From the NCBI GenBank assembly GCA_020629155.1, contig JAHDDW010000001.1, forward strand, positions 220,454 through 284,453: a DNA stretch of 64,000 nucleotides. The letters are read 5' to 3'. The notes under the pieces were generated by a model, which worked only from the letters and a program-made list of their open reading frames with translations, did not search any database and had not been told where the DNA came from. Of this stretch, positions 46,232-55,122 are shown piece by piece. The position numbers and the translations under genes were made by a program. This DNA comes from Acidimicrobiales bacterium. GTDB taxonomy: Bacteria > Actinomycetota > Acidimicrobiia > Acidimicrobiales > SZUA-35. Within the stretch, counting starts at the first letter, position 1. Every line of letters starts with the position of its first letter.

Positions 46232-46621
46232 ATGGGGAATCTCCTTATATTTTCTAGTTACATACGTTGGCACAAGCGACGTTCGCTTGCAAACAGTCAG
46301 ATCCCAGATTTGAACCAATCAGCATCGACAAGATCATGACTGATCGAGATTCGACGGATTAACTTAAAACTGGCAACTGACCAACTGTAGACGCATAGTT
46401 TATGCGCACACTAAGAATAGCGCCTCGAAACAAGTACCAGACGCATATAAGGAGGGAATCTCAAAGTCAACATCTTTTCATTAGACGTCAATTCGGTATC
46501 TCTGCCCCACTTAAGATACTAATACGCTGTTTCAGCGAATTTTATTTCAAACAATTCAGCAGAGAAACATTAAAAAGAAGTATGAAAAAACTTGACAGCT
46601 ATCTAGCCAATCAAGCAGATA
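46232..46621 (-). promoter_or_regulatory. Long rpsO-pnp intergenic leader
   Basis: 390 nt between the rpsO stop and the pnp start. Perfect hairpin GCAAGCGA-CGT-TCGCTTGC at 46272-46290, ~40 nt upstream of the pnp RBS. A regulatory role is inferred by analogy to pnp autoregulation. Confidence 0.4.
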
Positions 46622-46900
46622 TTAACGGCGTAGGCCAAGTTCTTTGATTAAAGAACGATAGCGCTCAACATCAATATTTTTTAGATAGTCAAGCATACGA
46701 CGACGGCGACCCACCAACATGAGCAGACCACGGCGTGTATGGTGGTCTTTTTTGTGGCTTTTAAGATGCTCAGTAAGATGATTAATACGATCAGTTGCTA
46801 ACGCAATCTGAACCTCTGGAGAACCAGTATCGCCCTCAGATTTTGCAAATTTAGCAATTGTTTCAGCCTTTGAAGGCAAGTTAGCAGCAAGTTTACTCAT
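46622..46900 (-). CDS. rpsO: 30S ribosomal protein S15
   Basis: Start ATG 46900 after AGGAGAA. MSKLAAN...[41 protein letters not shown]. Confidence 0.97.
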   Translation of the reverse strand: MSKLAANLPSKAETIAKFAKSEGDTGSPEVQIALATDRINHLTEHLKSHKKDHHTRRGLLMLVGRRRRMLDYLKNIDVERYRSLIKELGLRR

Positions 46901-47042
46901 CGGTTTGTTCTCCTGAACATAACAGTTTGGGACCTTAAGCCCTGCCACCAACAACTATTTGAAGCAAGCAGCTGTATAAGGCTAGCAAATTTTTTGCCGA
47001 CTACGACACTCAAAACGATAATTACGCTTTACCCTTATCACT

Positions 47043-47693
47043 ATGACAGGCGTGGGAAAACAAGTAATGGCATTGTTTGCCGCAGCATCATTTGTTTGCG
47101 CAAGCTGTGGCAGTGGCAACGAATTAACCTCGGGAACACTCGAAGAACAAGCTAGCGACACCACAACGACCGATCCCAACGACAGCGACGCCTCCTGGCG
47201 CAATAACCCTTTAGCACAACACATTTTAGAGCCAACCACTTTTGGACAAGCTGCCGCATTTGTTGAGGTAAATGAGTTTAAAGCATCACAGCCTGGAGAG
47301 GCACTTCCCGAACTTGAAGAATGCGACGTAGAACCTCTCGGCTCTTTCAAAGGCATTGAAGCTATTATTAGAGCCGACGAAAGCGACATTTTACTACAAG
47401 TCCGAACTGCTTCGAAAGAAGAGATCGAAGGCTTTTTCATCTCGTCTGAAAAGATTCAGAAATGCAGACTTTCTGACCAAACAACCCAACCAGAAACACC
47501 AGTTGAGGTAAAAGGTGCCGACAGGATGTTTCAAACAACCATCTCACAAGAAGACTCTGGCAACAGTGTCTTAAGCGAAACTGTCGCCGCACAATTCGAC
47601 GACAAGCTAATTATTTTGACTCGCACAAGCCCAAGCGAAACAGCAAATCTGCAGGAACTCGCCAACTGGGTCGCAACAACCAGCAAAAGCTAG
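47043..47693 (+). CDS. Secreted/lipoprotein, unknown function
   Basis: N-terminus ..MALFAAASFVCASCGSG (signal/lipobox-like), acidic mature part. The alternative start at 47067 is equally plausible. Confidence 0.55.
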   Translation: MTGVGKQVMALFAAASFVCASCGSGNELTSGTLEEQASDTTTTDPNDSDASWRNNPLAQHILEPTTFGQAAAFVEVNEFKASQPGEALPELEECDVEPLGSFKGIEAIIRADESDILLQVRTASKEEIEGFFISSEKIQKCRLSDQTTQPETPVEVKGADRMFQTTISQEDSGNSVLSETVAAQFDDKLIILTRTSPSETANLQELANWVATTSKS

Positions 47694-47810
47694 CCGATTC
47701 GAAAATATGACACTGGTGAAACCAGGATAGAAAAGGTATTTCTGTGGCTTAGAAAACAGATTAAACGCTAGGCCTAGAACCCTTATCGGATAGGACTTTA
47801 GCGGTTGTTC

Positions 47811-48905
47811 CTACAAACGATTTGAACTTTCTGGCAGGGTACCAAGCGTCTGTGTTTTGAATCTGAATAGCAAAGCAATCGCTCCAGCTACTTTTGGAAA
47901 GTCTTTAAACCTGACGATTATATCAGCAGACGTTTTAACGTTTAAGTCCATTCCCTTTGGCTTCCAAATTTCATCTTTTTTACTGACATGGGCTGTTAGT
48001 AGGTACACTTTGTTTTTTTCAAAGACGTCCTTCACGACCATATCGTTTTTCTCTTCTAAAGGCTTTGGATACTTCCGCAGAGCAGTCAGAATTGGATGAT
48101 CTTTTCCATGCTCTTCTTCCCAGGAGAGAAGATCTTCTATTTTCATACCTTTTAAAGCGTGGATTGCCTCATCAGCTTTAGAATCTCCTGGATAGAAAAG
48201 ACAAATTTCCCTGCCAGGGTACTTTTCCAATGCAAAACCTATCAAGCTGAGCATTGCAGTTCCTTTGTTGTACTCTGGGCCAAACATTGAATATTCCAGA
48301 ACATCGTCACCCTGGTGAAAGTGGACTGCCTCATACCCATCTTGCTCGACCCAGACTTCGCCTGCTGCCACTAAAGAAGATTTCAATTCCTCTATTTGAT
48401 CGTTATCTAGGCCTTTTGTGCTTATTGTCCAGTTCCCAGATTTATGTTCGAAGAATTGACCATGATCTACGCCAAGAGCATCCTCGGCAGCTTCATCAAG
48501 ATGATCACAAAATTTCTCTGCATTATCCTTTACATATTTAGATAGATCATCGGGCAGAAGTTCCAGTCCTTCTACATCCGATTCGGTGCCGTGAACCCCT
48601 ATCATCAGATTCAGCAGGTGACTTAGGCCTGAACGCTCAAAGGTCCCTTTCCCAGACTCAACTGCTCGACCAGTAAGAAAACCAACGAACTCTGAAACGG
48701 CAGCTGTTGCTTTAAATGCTATGGCTTGCGTTCCGCTTATGACAGTATCGTCAGGAGTTCCAACATAGGGGCAGAGGACACCGTCTATATCCCATATAGA
48801 TATAAGCACTGGGTTTTTCAGATTCGACCCTTGATAAAAACGAAACACGTCCCTACACGCATCCGCAAAACTCTGAATATTGTCTTTTACAACCCTCGAC
48901 TCCAT
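47811..48905 (-). CDS. HAD-IIB hydrolase, trehalose-phosphatase (OtsB) family-like, with C-terminal extension
   Basis: Motif I WDIDGVL, motif II FLTGR, GVHGTE, NKGTAM, motif IV PGDSKADE. 364 aa. Confidence 0.65.
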   Translation of the reverse strand: MESRVVKDNIQSFADACRDVFRFYQGSNLKNPVLISIWDIDGVLCPYVGTPDDTVISGTQAIAFKATAAVSEFVGFLTGRAVESGKGTFERSGLSHLLNLMIGVHGTESDVEGLELLPDDLSKYVKDNAEKFCDHLDEAAEDALGVDHGQFFEHKSGNWTISTKGLDNDQIEELKSSLVAAGEVWVEQDGYEAVHFHQGDDVLEYSMFGPEYNKGTAMLSLIGFALEKYPGREICLFYPGDSKADEAIHALKGMKIEDLLSWEEEHGKDHPILTALRKYPKPLEEKNDMVVKDVFEKNKVYLLTAHVSKKDEIWKPKGMDLNVKTSADIIVRFKDFPKVAGAIALLFRFKTQTLGTLPESSNRL

Positions 48906-49032
48906 TGAACTACCTCAACGATTTGTGTGCTTTTCAATATGCAGAACTTGCCAAATAGAGTTCTTAGCAAGCCTTGTATAATAATCAACAATAATAACTA
49001 AATCTTCAACACACATATCAAAGGAACACATA

Positions 49033-50133
49033 GTGAACGTTCAACAAGTTCAAGAGAGAGAAAAAATACCTGAATTGCTACAAAGTTTTTTTGATGCAGA
49101 AATAGGCGCTGATGGCGAAACTGTTTTTATCTTTGACATGGACGGATGTTTATGCGCACTCGGCGATGATCCACTTGTCACGATTGTGCAACCAGAAATA
49201 CTCAACTTCCTTACGAAGCTTGCCGAACTTGAAAACGTTTCCGTCAATATTTCGACTGGCCGGGATATTATTGCCGCCGTTTATTTACTTTCAGGTGTAG
49301 AAATTCCATTAGGTCAGTCTTGGGATCAACTTGAACCCAAAGCAAAAGAACTAGCGAAAGGTCTTGAAGCTAGAGGAATCTACGTTCAAGGTGGTCACGG
49401 CGCACAAGGAATGGAGATTCTACTCAACCCGAATAGATCCGCCCGTGAAATGCTTGAGCTTACGGATCAAGAGAAAAGTGATTTAGATCGGGTCGCAGAG
49501 CTAAAAAAAGTTCTTAACAAAGAATTTGGAGAAACCTTTGGCGAAGACAAAGTCACAAGCCAATGCGAACATGCTAAACGCATTACAGAAAATGGAATTG
49601 AACCTCTTTCCAAAGAGGACGAACAAAAATTTAATACTATCGTTAGTAACTTCAAACAGGATTTTCCCGATTCTATAGTTGTTAAAGAAGATCCAGGACA
49701 ATTTGAATTTGTTGTTAGGAAAGGCACCTCAAAGGCACAAGCTGTCGACGCCATCAGAAAGCGACTACAAGGACTCGGGAAAACCATCCAAACAGCTATT
49801 GCAATAGGAGATGCGAAGACAGACAAGGATACCTTCGACAGGCTGAGCAAACTAGCCCCACTAGCCGGTTTTGGTTTCTTTACTGTTAAGTGCAATAACG
49901 ATACCTACTATCTAAATCGGGGAAAGGTTACTCCTGCTCTTGAGGCGAATATGGAAATCCGACAGGAAGATATAGATCGTCTACTATCTACTTGTTTACA
50001 GCTACTCAGCCCAAAACCTGAAGGGAAAACTATGATTTCTTCGCCCGAGAATACTACCACGACAGACGGAAGTGTTGCGACTCCAGGACTAACCGCCCTA
50101 AATTCTAATCAAGGTCCGAATGTGACACGTTAG
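49033..50133 (+). CDS. HAD-IIB hydrolase, trehalose-phosphatase (OtsB) family-like (divergent paralogue)
   Basis: GTG start. Motif I FDMDGCL, ISTGR, GGHGAQG, RKGTSKAQAV, IGDAKTDKD. 366 aa. Confidence 0.65.
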   Translation: MNVQQVQEREKIPELLQSFFDAEIGADGETVFIFDMDGCLCALGDDPLVTIVQPEILNFLTKLAELENVSVNISTGRDIIAAVYLLSGVEIPLGQSWDQLEPKAKELAKGLEARGIYVQGGHGAQGMEILLNPNRSAREMLELTDQEKSDLDRVAELKKVLNKEFGETFGEDKVTSQCEHAKRITENGIEPLSKEDEQKFNTIVSNFKQDFPDSIVVKEDPGQFEFVVRKGTSKAQAVDAIRKRLQGLGKTIQTAIAIGDAKTDKDTFDRLSKLAPLAGFGFFTVKCNNDTYYLNRGKVTPALEANMEIRQEDIDRLLSTCLQLLSPKPEGKTMISSPENTTTTDGSVATPGLTALNSNQGPNVTR

Positions 50134-50785
50134 CAATAGCTTCAGGTACATCTTTCAGCGAGGCGACTTCCCCTTGGCCTGATTTGTTGAAATGAATGGC
50201 TGCTACGCCTACACTCTTTGCTGCTTCGATGTCATCATGGAGCGAGTCGCCGACCATCACAACCGATTTTGCTGGCTTTTGTATAGCGTTCAGCAATATT
50301 TTGAACGCCTGTGGGTCTGGTTTAAAAACTCCTACCGCTTCGCCAATTTGAATATAGTGAAACCAGCGAGCCAGTTTCAAACGGTCGATTTTGCGTTGCT
50401 GCCCATCAACAGGACCATTTGTCAGCAAATGACATCGCAGCCCCATCGAATGTAATTCTTGCAGGCATTCTGCTGCCCCGTCTATAAGGCCGATGTTGTC
50501 GTTTACCTCAAACATGAACGTTGTATTCATCGCTTCCACTTTGGTTTCGTCGTTCTTTTCGTCAGGCAAAAGCATCGCGAAACGTTGATGGCGATACTCG
50601 TCTCTATTAATTTTGCCAGCAGCAAACGATACATAGAGATCAGCTTCGCGGCTCTCCCAGGCGGCAAGAGCATGCTGGTGGATGCTTTCAGGAAGTAATC
50701 CTAGAGCAGCTTTGAGACCTCTCCTCTTAGCCATTTGAAAGTCACAAAGCGTATCGTCCAAATCAAAAACCACGTCGGTAATCAC
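50105..50785 (-). CDS. HAD-IA family hydrolase
   Basis: Motif I VVFDLDDTL, LTNG, K, and motif IV VGDSLHDD. Its 3' end overlaps the convergent gene by 29 nt. Confidence 0.8.
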   Translation of the reverse strand: MITDVVFDLDDTLCDFQMAKRRGLKAALGLLPESIHQHALAAWESREADLYVSFAAGKINRDEYRHQRFAMLLPDEKNDETKVEAMNTTFMFEVNDNIGLIDGAAECLQELHSMGLRCHLLTNGPVDGQQRKIDRLKLARWFHYIQIGEAVGVFKPDPQAFKILLNAIQKPAKSVVMVGDSLHDDIEAAKSVGVAAIHFNKSGQGEVASLKDVPEAIANVSHSDLD

Positions 50786-50845
50786 AGCACGAACCTAGCA
50801 GCACAGCGACTTGCGGAACAACTGCCACAAAGATAGTCTGCATTT

Positions 50846-51979
50846 ATGCTTGTTCCGCTCCGCTCAGCTTTTTACATTTTTGTCTGCCTAACACTCGTTA
50901 GCGCAGGTTGCAGCTCTTCAAAAACATCGGGAGCTGGCTCTACGCAGGCGACAGCACAAGCATCTGATCAATCACCAGACTCTGATGATTCGCCAGCCCT
51001 GGAAGCTTCTGCGCAGGAAGCTCTTGAATCGTTTATTTCAACAAGAAATGGTGGCGCTGTTGTGCGTCTTCGTCGCGATAATGAATCATTCGCAGCTGCG
51101 ACAGGAGACGCAAACAACAACGGTGATAAGCTGACTGTTGACCAACAGTTCTATGTTGGCAGCATTTCAAAAACTTTTATAGCAACCACAGTGCTGCAAC
51201 TTGTTGATGAAGGCACTATTGACCTTGACGAGCAACTAGAGGCCTATCTACCCGACACGAAAATAGGCGGCTCGGCCACTATCCGCCAGCTGTTATCTCA
51301 TGAAAGCGGCATCGAAAGCTATACCGATGTGCCTACCTTTTTCACCGATGCGCTCAAAGATAGACAGAAGCGCTTCACACAAGACGAAATTTTATCCTAT
51401 GTTGAAGAATCTGCCGAGGCACCGACAGACCCAGGATTTGCCTACTCCAACACAAATTATATTTTGCTCGGCCAGTTATTGGAAGAAGTCGAAGGGGCAG
51501 ATATAAACACCATACTTGCAAAGAAAATCACGCAGCCGCTAGTAACGTCGCAAACGTTTTTTGCTACCGCAGATACAACGTCTGCTGATATAGCAGCTGG
51601 ATGGTCTCTGCTCGGGCCACTTCGAGGCGACCCAAACGCTGAATATGCTTCAGTTGAATCTTCCGCTTGGACAGCAGGTGCACTTGTCTCAACGACACAA
51701 GACCTAGCAACTTTCGCCGAAGCCTTATTCGACGGCAGGCTTCTCTCCCCCGAACAGCTCGACGAAATGACCACCACAGGCAAAGGCGATAACGGTTTAG
51801 GCATTTTCATCATCGACCTCTCCCCTACACAACAAGTCTTCAGCCACAGCGGTGCTATCCCTGGTTATAGCTCAACAATGGCGTATAACCCAGACAACGG
51901 TGACTATATTATCGTGATAACAAACAACGATTTCCTTATTGCTGACGAGCTAGCCTCAACGATCGCCGAACAATGGTAA
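50846..51979 (+). CDS. Serine hydrolase (class C beta-lactamase / D-Ala-D-Ala carboxypeptidase family) lipoprotein
   Basis: Lipobox LVSAGC, SxxK (GSISKTF), YSNTNY, HSG near the C-terminus. Confidence 0.85.
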   Translation: MLVPLRSAFYIFVCLTLVSAGCSSSKTSGAGSTQATAQASDQSPDSDDSPALEASAQEALESFISTRNGGAVVRLRRDNESFAAATGDANNNGDKLTVDQQFYVGSISKTFIATTVLQLVDEGTIDLDEQLEAYLPDTKIGGSATIRQLLSHESGIESYTDVPTFFTDALKDRQKRFTQDEILSYVEESAEAPTDPGFAYSNTNYILLGQLLEEVEGADINTILAKKITQPLVTSQTFFATADTTSADIAAGWSLLGPLRGDPNAEYASVESSAWTAGALVSTTQDLATFAEALFDGRLLSPEQLDEMTTTGKGDNGLGIFIIDLSPTQQVFSHSGAIPGYSSTMAYNPDNGDYIIVITNNDFLIADELASTIAEQW

Positions 51980-52017
51980 CCTCACCATCTACCTTGAGTA
52001 GCGAAGTGCAATTGCAA

Positions 52018-53631
52018 TCAAGCTGGCAACGGTACAGCTTTTTTTTGCGCAACTCCTAACGCTATTGCAAGCTGCTCAGCGCTAACTGTTTCAAAGAGTG
52101 CTTCCTGGTCTAGCATCCAGCCCAGATCCGTCCGCCGTTCAAGGAAATCTTCGAGCGACGTGATCATATCGTTGTCTCGAAAAACGGGAAGCTCGGCCCA
52201 GATTATCGAACACTCTGGGTGGATAGGTGCGATAAGTTCAGGGTTTTCTTCCAAAAGCCCAACCACTTTAAACGCTTTCGACCAATGTCTATTCCAAATG
52301 ATTTCTGCCAACGTCCTCTGTCCAGGCTCCCCTGTAGGCACACTATTTAAACCAACTTCGGCCGCCACCTCAAAGAAATAATCACGCTGTGCTGGAAGCG
52401 GCTCACCGAAATAGGTACCGCGAGACGGTTTCATAGTGACCCCGAGTTGCCCTACCAGCTTGGCCACACGCTGCGAAAAAGGTATAAATGATGAAGCTTC
52501 GCCTCCTCTGTAGCGGATCAGTTTTTCTTGCACTTCGACATCTAGTGTTTCTTTCGCCTGCAAATCATTCATCGTCGGGTGATTTGTTGCTTGACAACCA
52601 AATTCTCTGACATCTACCCGACTTCGCAACACCATGTCTTCATTGAGTCCATCTTCACAACGGAACCGCTTACTAATCGCCGCCAAAACCGATTTAATCT
52701 GTGAAGATTCACTTTCTGCTACAAGTTTTTGGTCCGCGATTTCGCTGCTAGTGACCATCGTCATCGATCGGTACGGCCCAACAACAAGGCTCCGGTTCTC
52801 GTTGCCACAGTCAACAACGTTTTCGACAGGCAAAACTTTGCGCTCGAAGAGCAGCGTAATGGAACGGACCGGTTTCATCGCGACTTCCAACAAGTCGAAA
52901 GTTTCTTGTGCTTCGTCGCCCGCTACCGAGCTTTCCACAGGTTTCCTACAGTCTTGATTTTCGATGACAACGTTAGCGCTCAGTAAATACTGTTTCTGCG
53001 TCAACTCATCTACCAACGTGATCTCCCACGGCTTGCCTTTACGATGAGCTGTTTTGACAACAGACATATAGTTACAAGCCGCCGAAGCGTTCGACAAAGA
53101 ACGACTAATAAGGTTGACACCGTAATGCTGTTCGGTATCGAGAAAAGATAGCCTGCTATATTCAACGCCCGTCTCAACATTGTCAGCTAGCAGCGCAGGT
53201 TCTGCTTCCGCTATCGATTTGCTGCCCATCACTACAGGCCTATCGGAAACAAACTTACTCGCGCCCCATTGAAGAAGAGACTCACCGACAAGGCGAGTCC
53301 GTTTCTTCTCATTTGTCATTGCAATATAGTTCATGGCAGCAAAACCTGACGGGTTTGACTTCAGCAGTTTTGCTTTTGTTGTTGCGACATCTTGTGTGTG
53401 CTGCAACGTTCTAACTCCAACGTCACCGATAGTTGCGCCTACTAAACCAGGCACAGCCAGCCCTGGCGATGCCATAAAATCGTTAGGACTAACCAAAGCG
53501 ACAGGCAAGCCTCTAGCGGCAAGCGAAGCAAAAATAGCAGCCTCTTTTATGCTGTCCCCGATAATGAGAACGTCAAAAGATCCGCCATCTAAAAGCTCTA
53601 TATTTTTATTTCGTAATGTATCTTGTTCCAC
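52018..53631 (-). CDS. Glycerol-3-phosphate dehydrogenase (GlpD)-like protein with degenerate FAD-binding fingerprint
   Basis: Length and layout resemble GlpD, with a C-terminal FLERRTDLGW motif. The N-terminal fingerprint reads DVLIIGDSIKEAA...VALVS instead of GxGxxG...E. Confidence 0.55.
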   Translation of the reverse strand: MEQDTLRNKNIELLDGGSFDVLIIGDSIKEAAIFASLAARGLPVALVSPNDFMASPGLAVPGLVGATIGDVGVRTLQHTQDVATTKAKLLKSNPSGFAAMNYIAMTNEKKRTRLVGESLLQWGASKFVSDRPVVMGSKSIAEAEPALLADNVETGVEYSRLSFLDTEQHYGVNLISRSLSNASAACNYMSVVKTAHRKGKPWEITLVDELTQKQYLLSANVVIENQDCRKPVESSVAGDEAQETFDLLEVAMKPVRSITLLFERKVLPVENVVDCGNENRSLVVGPYRSMTMVTSSEIADQKLVAESESSQIKSVLAAISKRFRCEDGLNEDMVLRSRVDVREFGCQATNHPTMNDLQAKETLDVEVQEKLIRYRGGEASSFIPFSQRVAKLVGQLGVTMKPSRGTYFGEPLPAQRDYFFEVAAEVGLNSVPTGEPGQRTLAEIIWNRHWSKAFKVVGLLEENPELIAPIHPECSIIWAELPVFRDNDMITSLEDFLERRTDLGWMLDQEALFETVSAEQLAIALGVAQKKAVPLPA

Positions 53632-53765
53632 TCGAACGAAAATAGGACACCCATAAAGCAGAACGGTCGATGAAGGTAATTCTGACCATCATTGATTCAG
53701 GAATCAGAAGCCATGAACTTCTGATGCGGTGAACCGCAATGTAGTTTGCTTGTTAGACTAGTAAC

Positions 53766-54437
53766 ATGGCAACAGCATTTAGCAACCTTTTCTGCAAACA
53801 CGTTGTTTTGGCAACAGAACAACAGCGCAATATAGGAGACCAGATGGACTTGGCTGCCTCGAATGGAGGCGACCTCTTTGATGGCTATATCGACCTCGGT
53901 GAAACAAAAATCAGTGCAAAACTTCTTGGAACAGTTAACCCAGCAAATGATACGTGGTTATGGGCGTGGGCGAACCCTCAAGCTGGCTTGCCTGAAACGA
54001 TCCTGGCTCCATCATTAGCGCTCAAGAATCTTGGCAATACCGAAGAAATCGAACTACTCACTGACCCAGGATGCCCAAACGGCACGGCGATGGGCCATCA
54101 GTTTTCTGCAATTGCCGTTGGATCGTTAGGAGCAAAAGGATACGTGGAGTTTCCTCTCGGAGGCCCGAATGGGTTTCTGCTTATCGACGATGACCGCATC
54201 CCAGATAATGATTCGCCAGCTTTGCTGAAAGCAATGATGAACATCCCTGCAGCAGTACAGAGCTATCCCGTTCAAGATCATCGCGCTGCTGTGCTTGGCT
54301 ACGCTCACCATTTAGATCTTCTAGCCGAAATATCAGACGAAGAGGTTTCTCTTGTTGATACACAAAGAGGTGGTTCTGTCGTCGTATCATTTGATCAGAA
54401 AAACCGTTTCACAGGCTTAAACTCGACCATCAAATAA
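53766..54437 (+). CDS. Hypothetical protein
   Basis: 223-aa ORF with a W-rich motif NDTWLWAWANPQAGLPE and no signal peptide. Start uncertain (an internal Met at MDLAAS is possible). Followed by hairpin CTGCAATTGTT-N8-AACAATTGCAG at 54462-54491. Confidence 0.5.
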   Translation: MATAFSNLFCKHVVLATEQQRNIGDQMDLAASNGGDLFDGYIDLGETKISAKLLGTVNPANDTWLWAWANPQAGLPETILAPSLALKNLGNTEEIELLTDPGCPNGTAMGHQFSAIAVGSLGAKGYVEFPLGGPNGFLLIDDDRIPDNDSPALLKAMMNIPAAVQSYPVQDHRAAVLGYAHHLDLLAEISDEEVSLVDTQRGGSVVVSFDQKNRFTGLNSTIK

Positions 54438-54552
54438 TAGCCGCAACTCACTTATGGTACGCTGCAATTGTTTTTAAAAGAACAATTGCAGCCTTGATAC
54501 GTTCCTATATTTTCTATAGACAGAAATTCTATTTTTACAGGTATCCTAAGAT

Positions 54553-55122
54553 GTGGCTTCAAATATGGATGATTCTCCCAACGGCGTGGTCGGTAAGACT
54601 CTTTTTGATGAGGCAGCTATCGCTGAACGAGTCGCCGAGCTAGGCACAGAAATTTCTAAAGAGTATCAAGACCAGGAGCTGCTTGTCATAGCGGTGCTTC
54701 GAGGCAGCTTTATCTTCGCAGCCGATCTGATTCGCCATATAACCTGTGAACTTGAAATCGACTTTCTAGCTGTTTCTTCCTACGGTTCAGATACGACAAG
54801 CACAGGCGTTGTGAAGATTCTGAAAGATATTAACCAAGAGATTCAAGGGAAAGAAGTGCTTATCGTCGAAGATATTATTGACTCTGGTACCACACTTAAC
54901 CACCTTGTCGATTATTTAGCGTTGAAACAACCAGCGTCCATCAAAACGTGTTCGCTGCTGCTTCGCCAAGCTGGACAAGTTAACGAACCACCACTTGATT
55001 ATTATGGTTTCAAGATAACAACTGAAGACTTTGTCATCGGCTATGGTTTAGATGTAGCACAGAAATTCCGCAACCTACCCTACATAGCCATCTATGAGCC
55101 AGACGCTTCCGACGAACAATGA
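54553..55122 (+). CDS. hpt: Hypoxanthine phosphoribosyltransferase
   Basis: PRPP motif VLIVEDIIDSGTTL, FIVGYGLD-type motif (FVIGYGLD), ~185 aa. Start is either GTG 54553 or ATG 54565. Confidence 0.9.
   Translation: MASNMDDSPNGVVGKTLFDEAAIAERVAELGTEISKEYQDQELLVIAVLRGSFIFAADLIRHITCELEIDFLAVSSYGSDTTSTGVVKILKDINQEIQGKEVLIVEDIIDSGTTLNHLVDYLALKQPASIKTCSLLLRQAGQVNEPPLDYYGFKITTEDFVIGYGLDVAQKFRNLPYIAIYEPDASDEQ

Noticed and set aside
46296-46316. tRNA-like T-loop sequence (GGTTCAAATCT on the minus strand) and a similar GGTTCGATTC near 5405
   Set aside because: The flanking bases do not form a T-stem, and no acceptor or anticodon arms can be drawn. Both lie in a leader or coding sequence. No tRNA genes could be supported anywhere in the window.
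46232-46318. N-terminal extensions proposed by the ORF track for pnp (to 46318), rpsO (to 46954), ftsX (to 12795), the photolyase-family gene (from 7695), the secreted protein (from 30128) and the lipoprotein (from 31671)
   Set aside because: In each case an internal ATG preceded by a GGAG-type RBS gives the family-typical N-terminus or a proper signal peptide. The extension overlaps the upstream gene or a repeat element.
50855-50871. R1 core fragment TTCCGCTCCGCTCAG at the very start of the beta-lactamase-family gene
   Set aside because: Only ~15 nt match the R1 core (reverse orientation) and nothing else of the element aligns. It encodes part of a normal lipoprotein signal peptide. It may be an ancient remnant but is not supportable as a copy.
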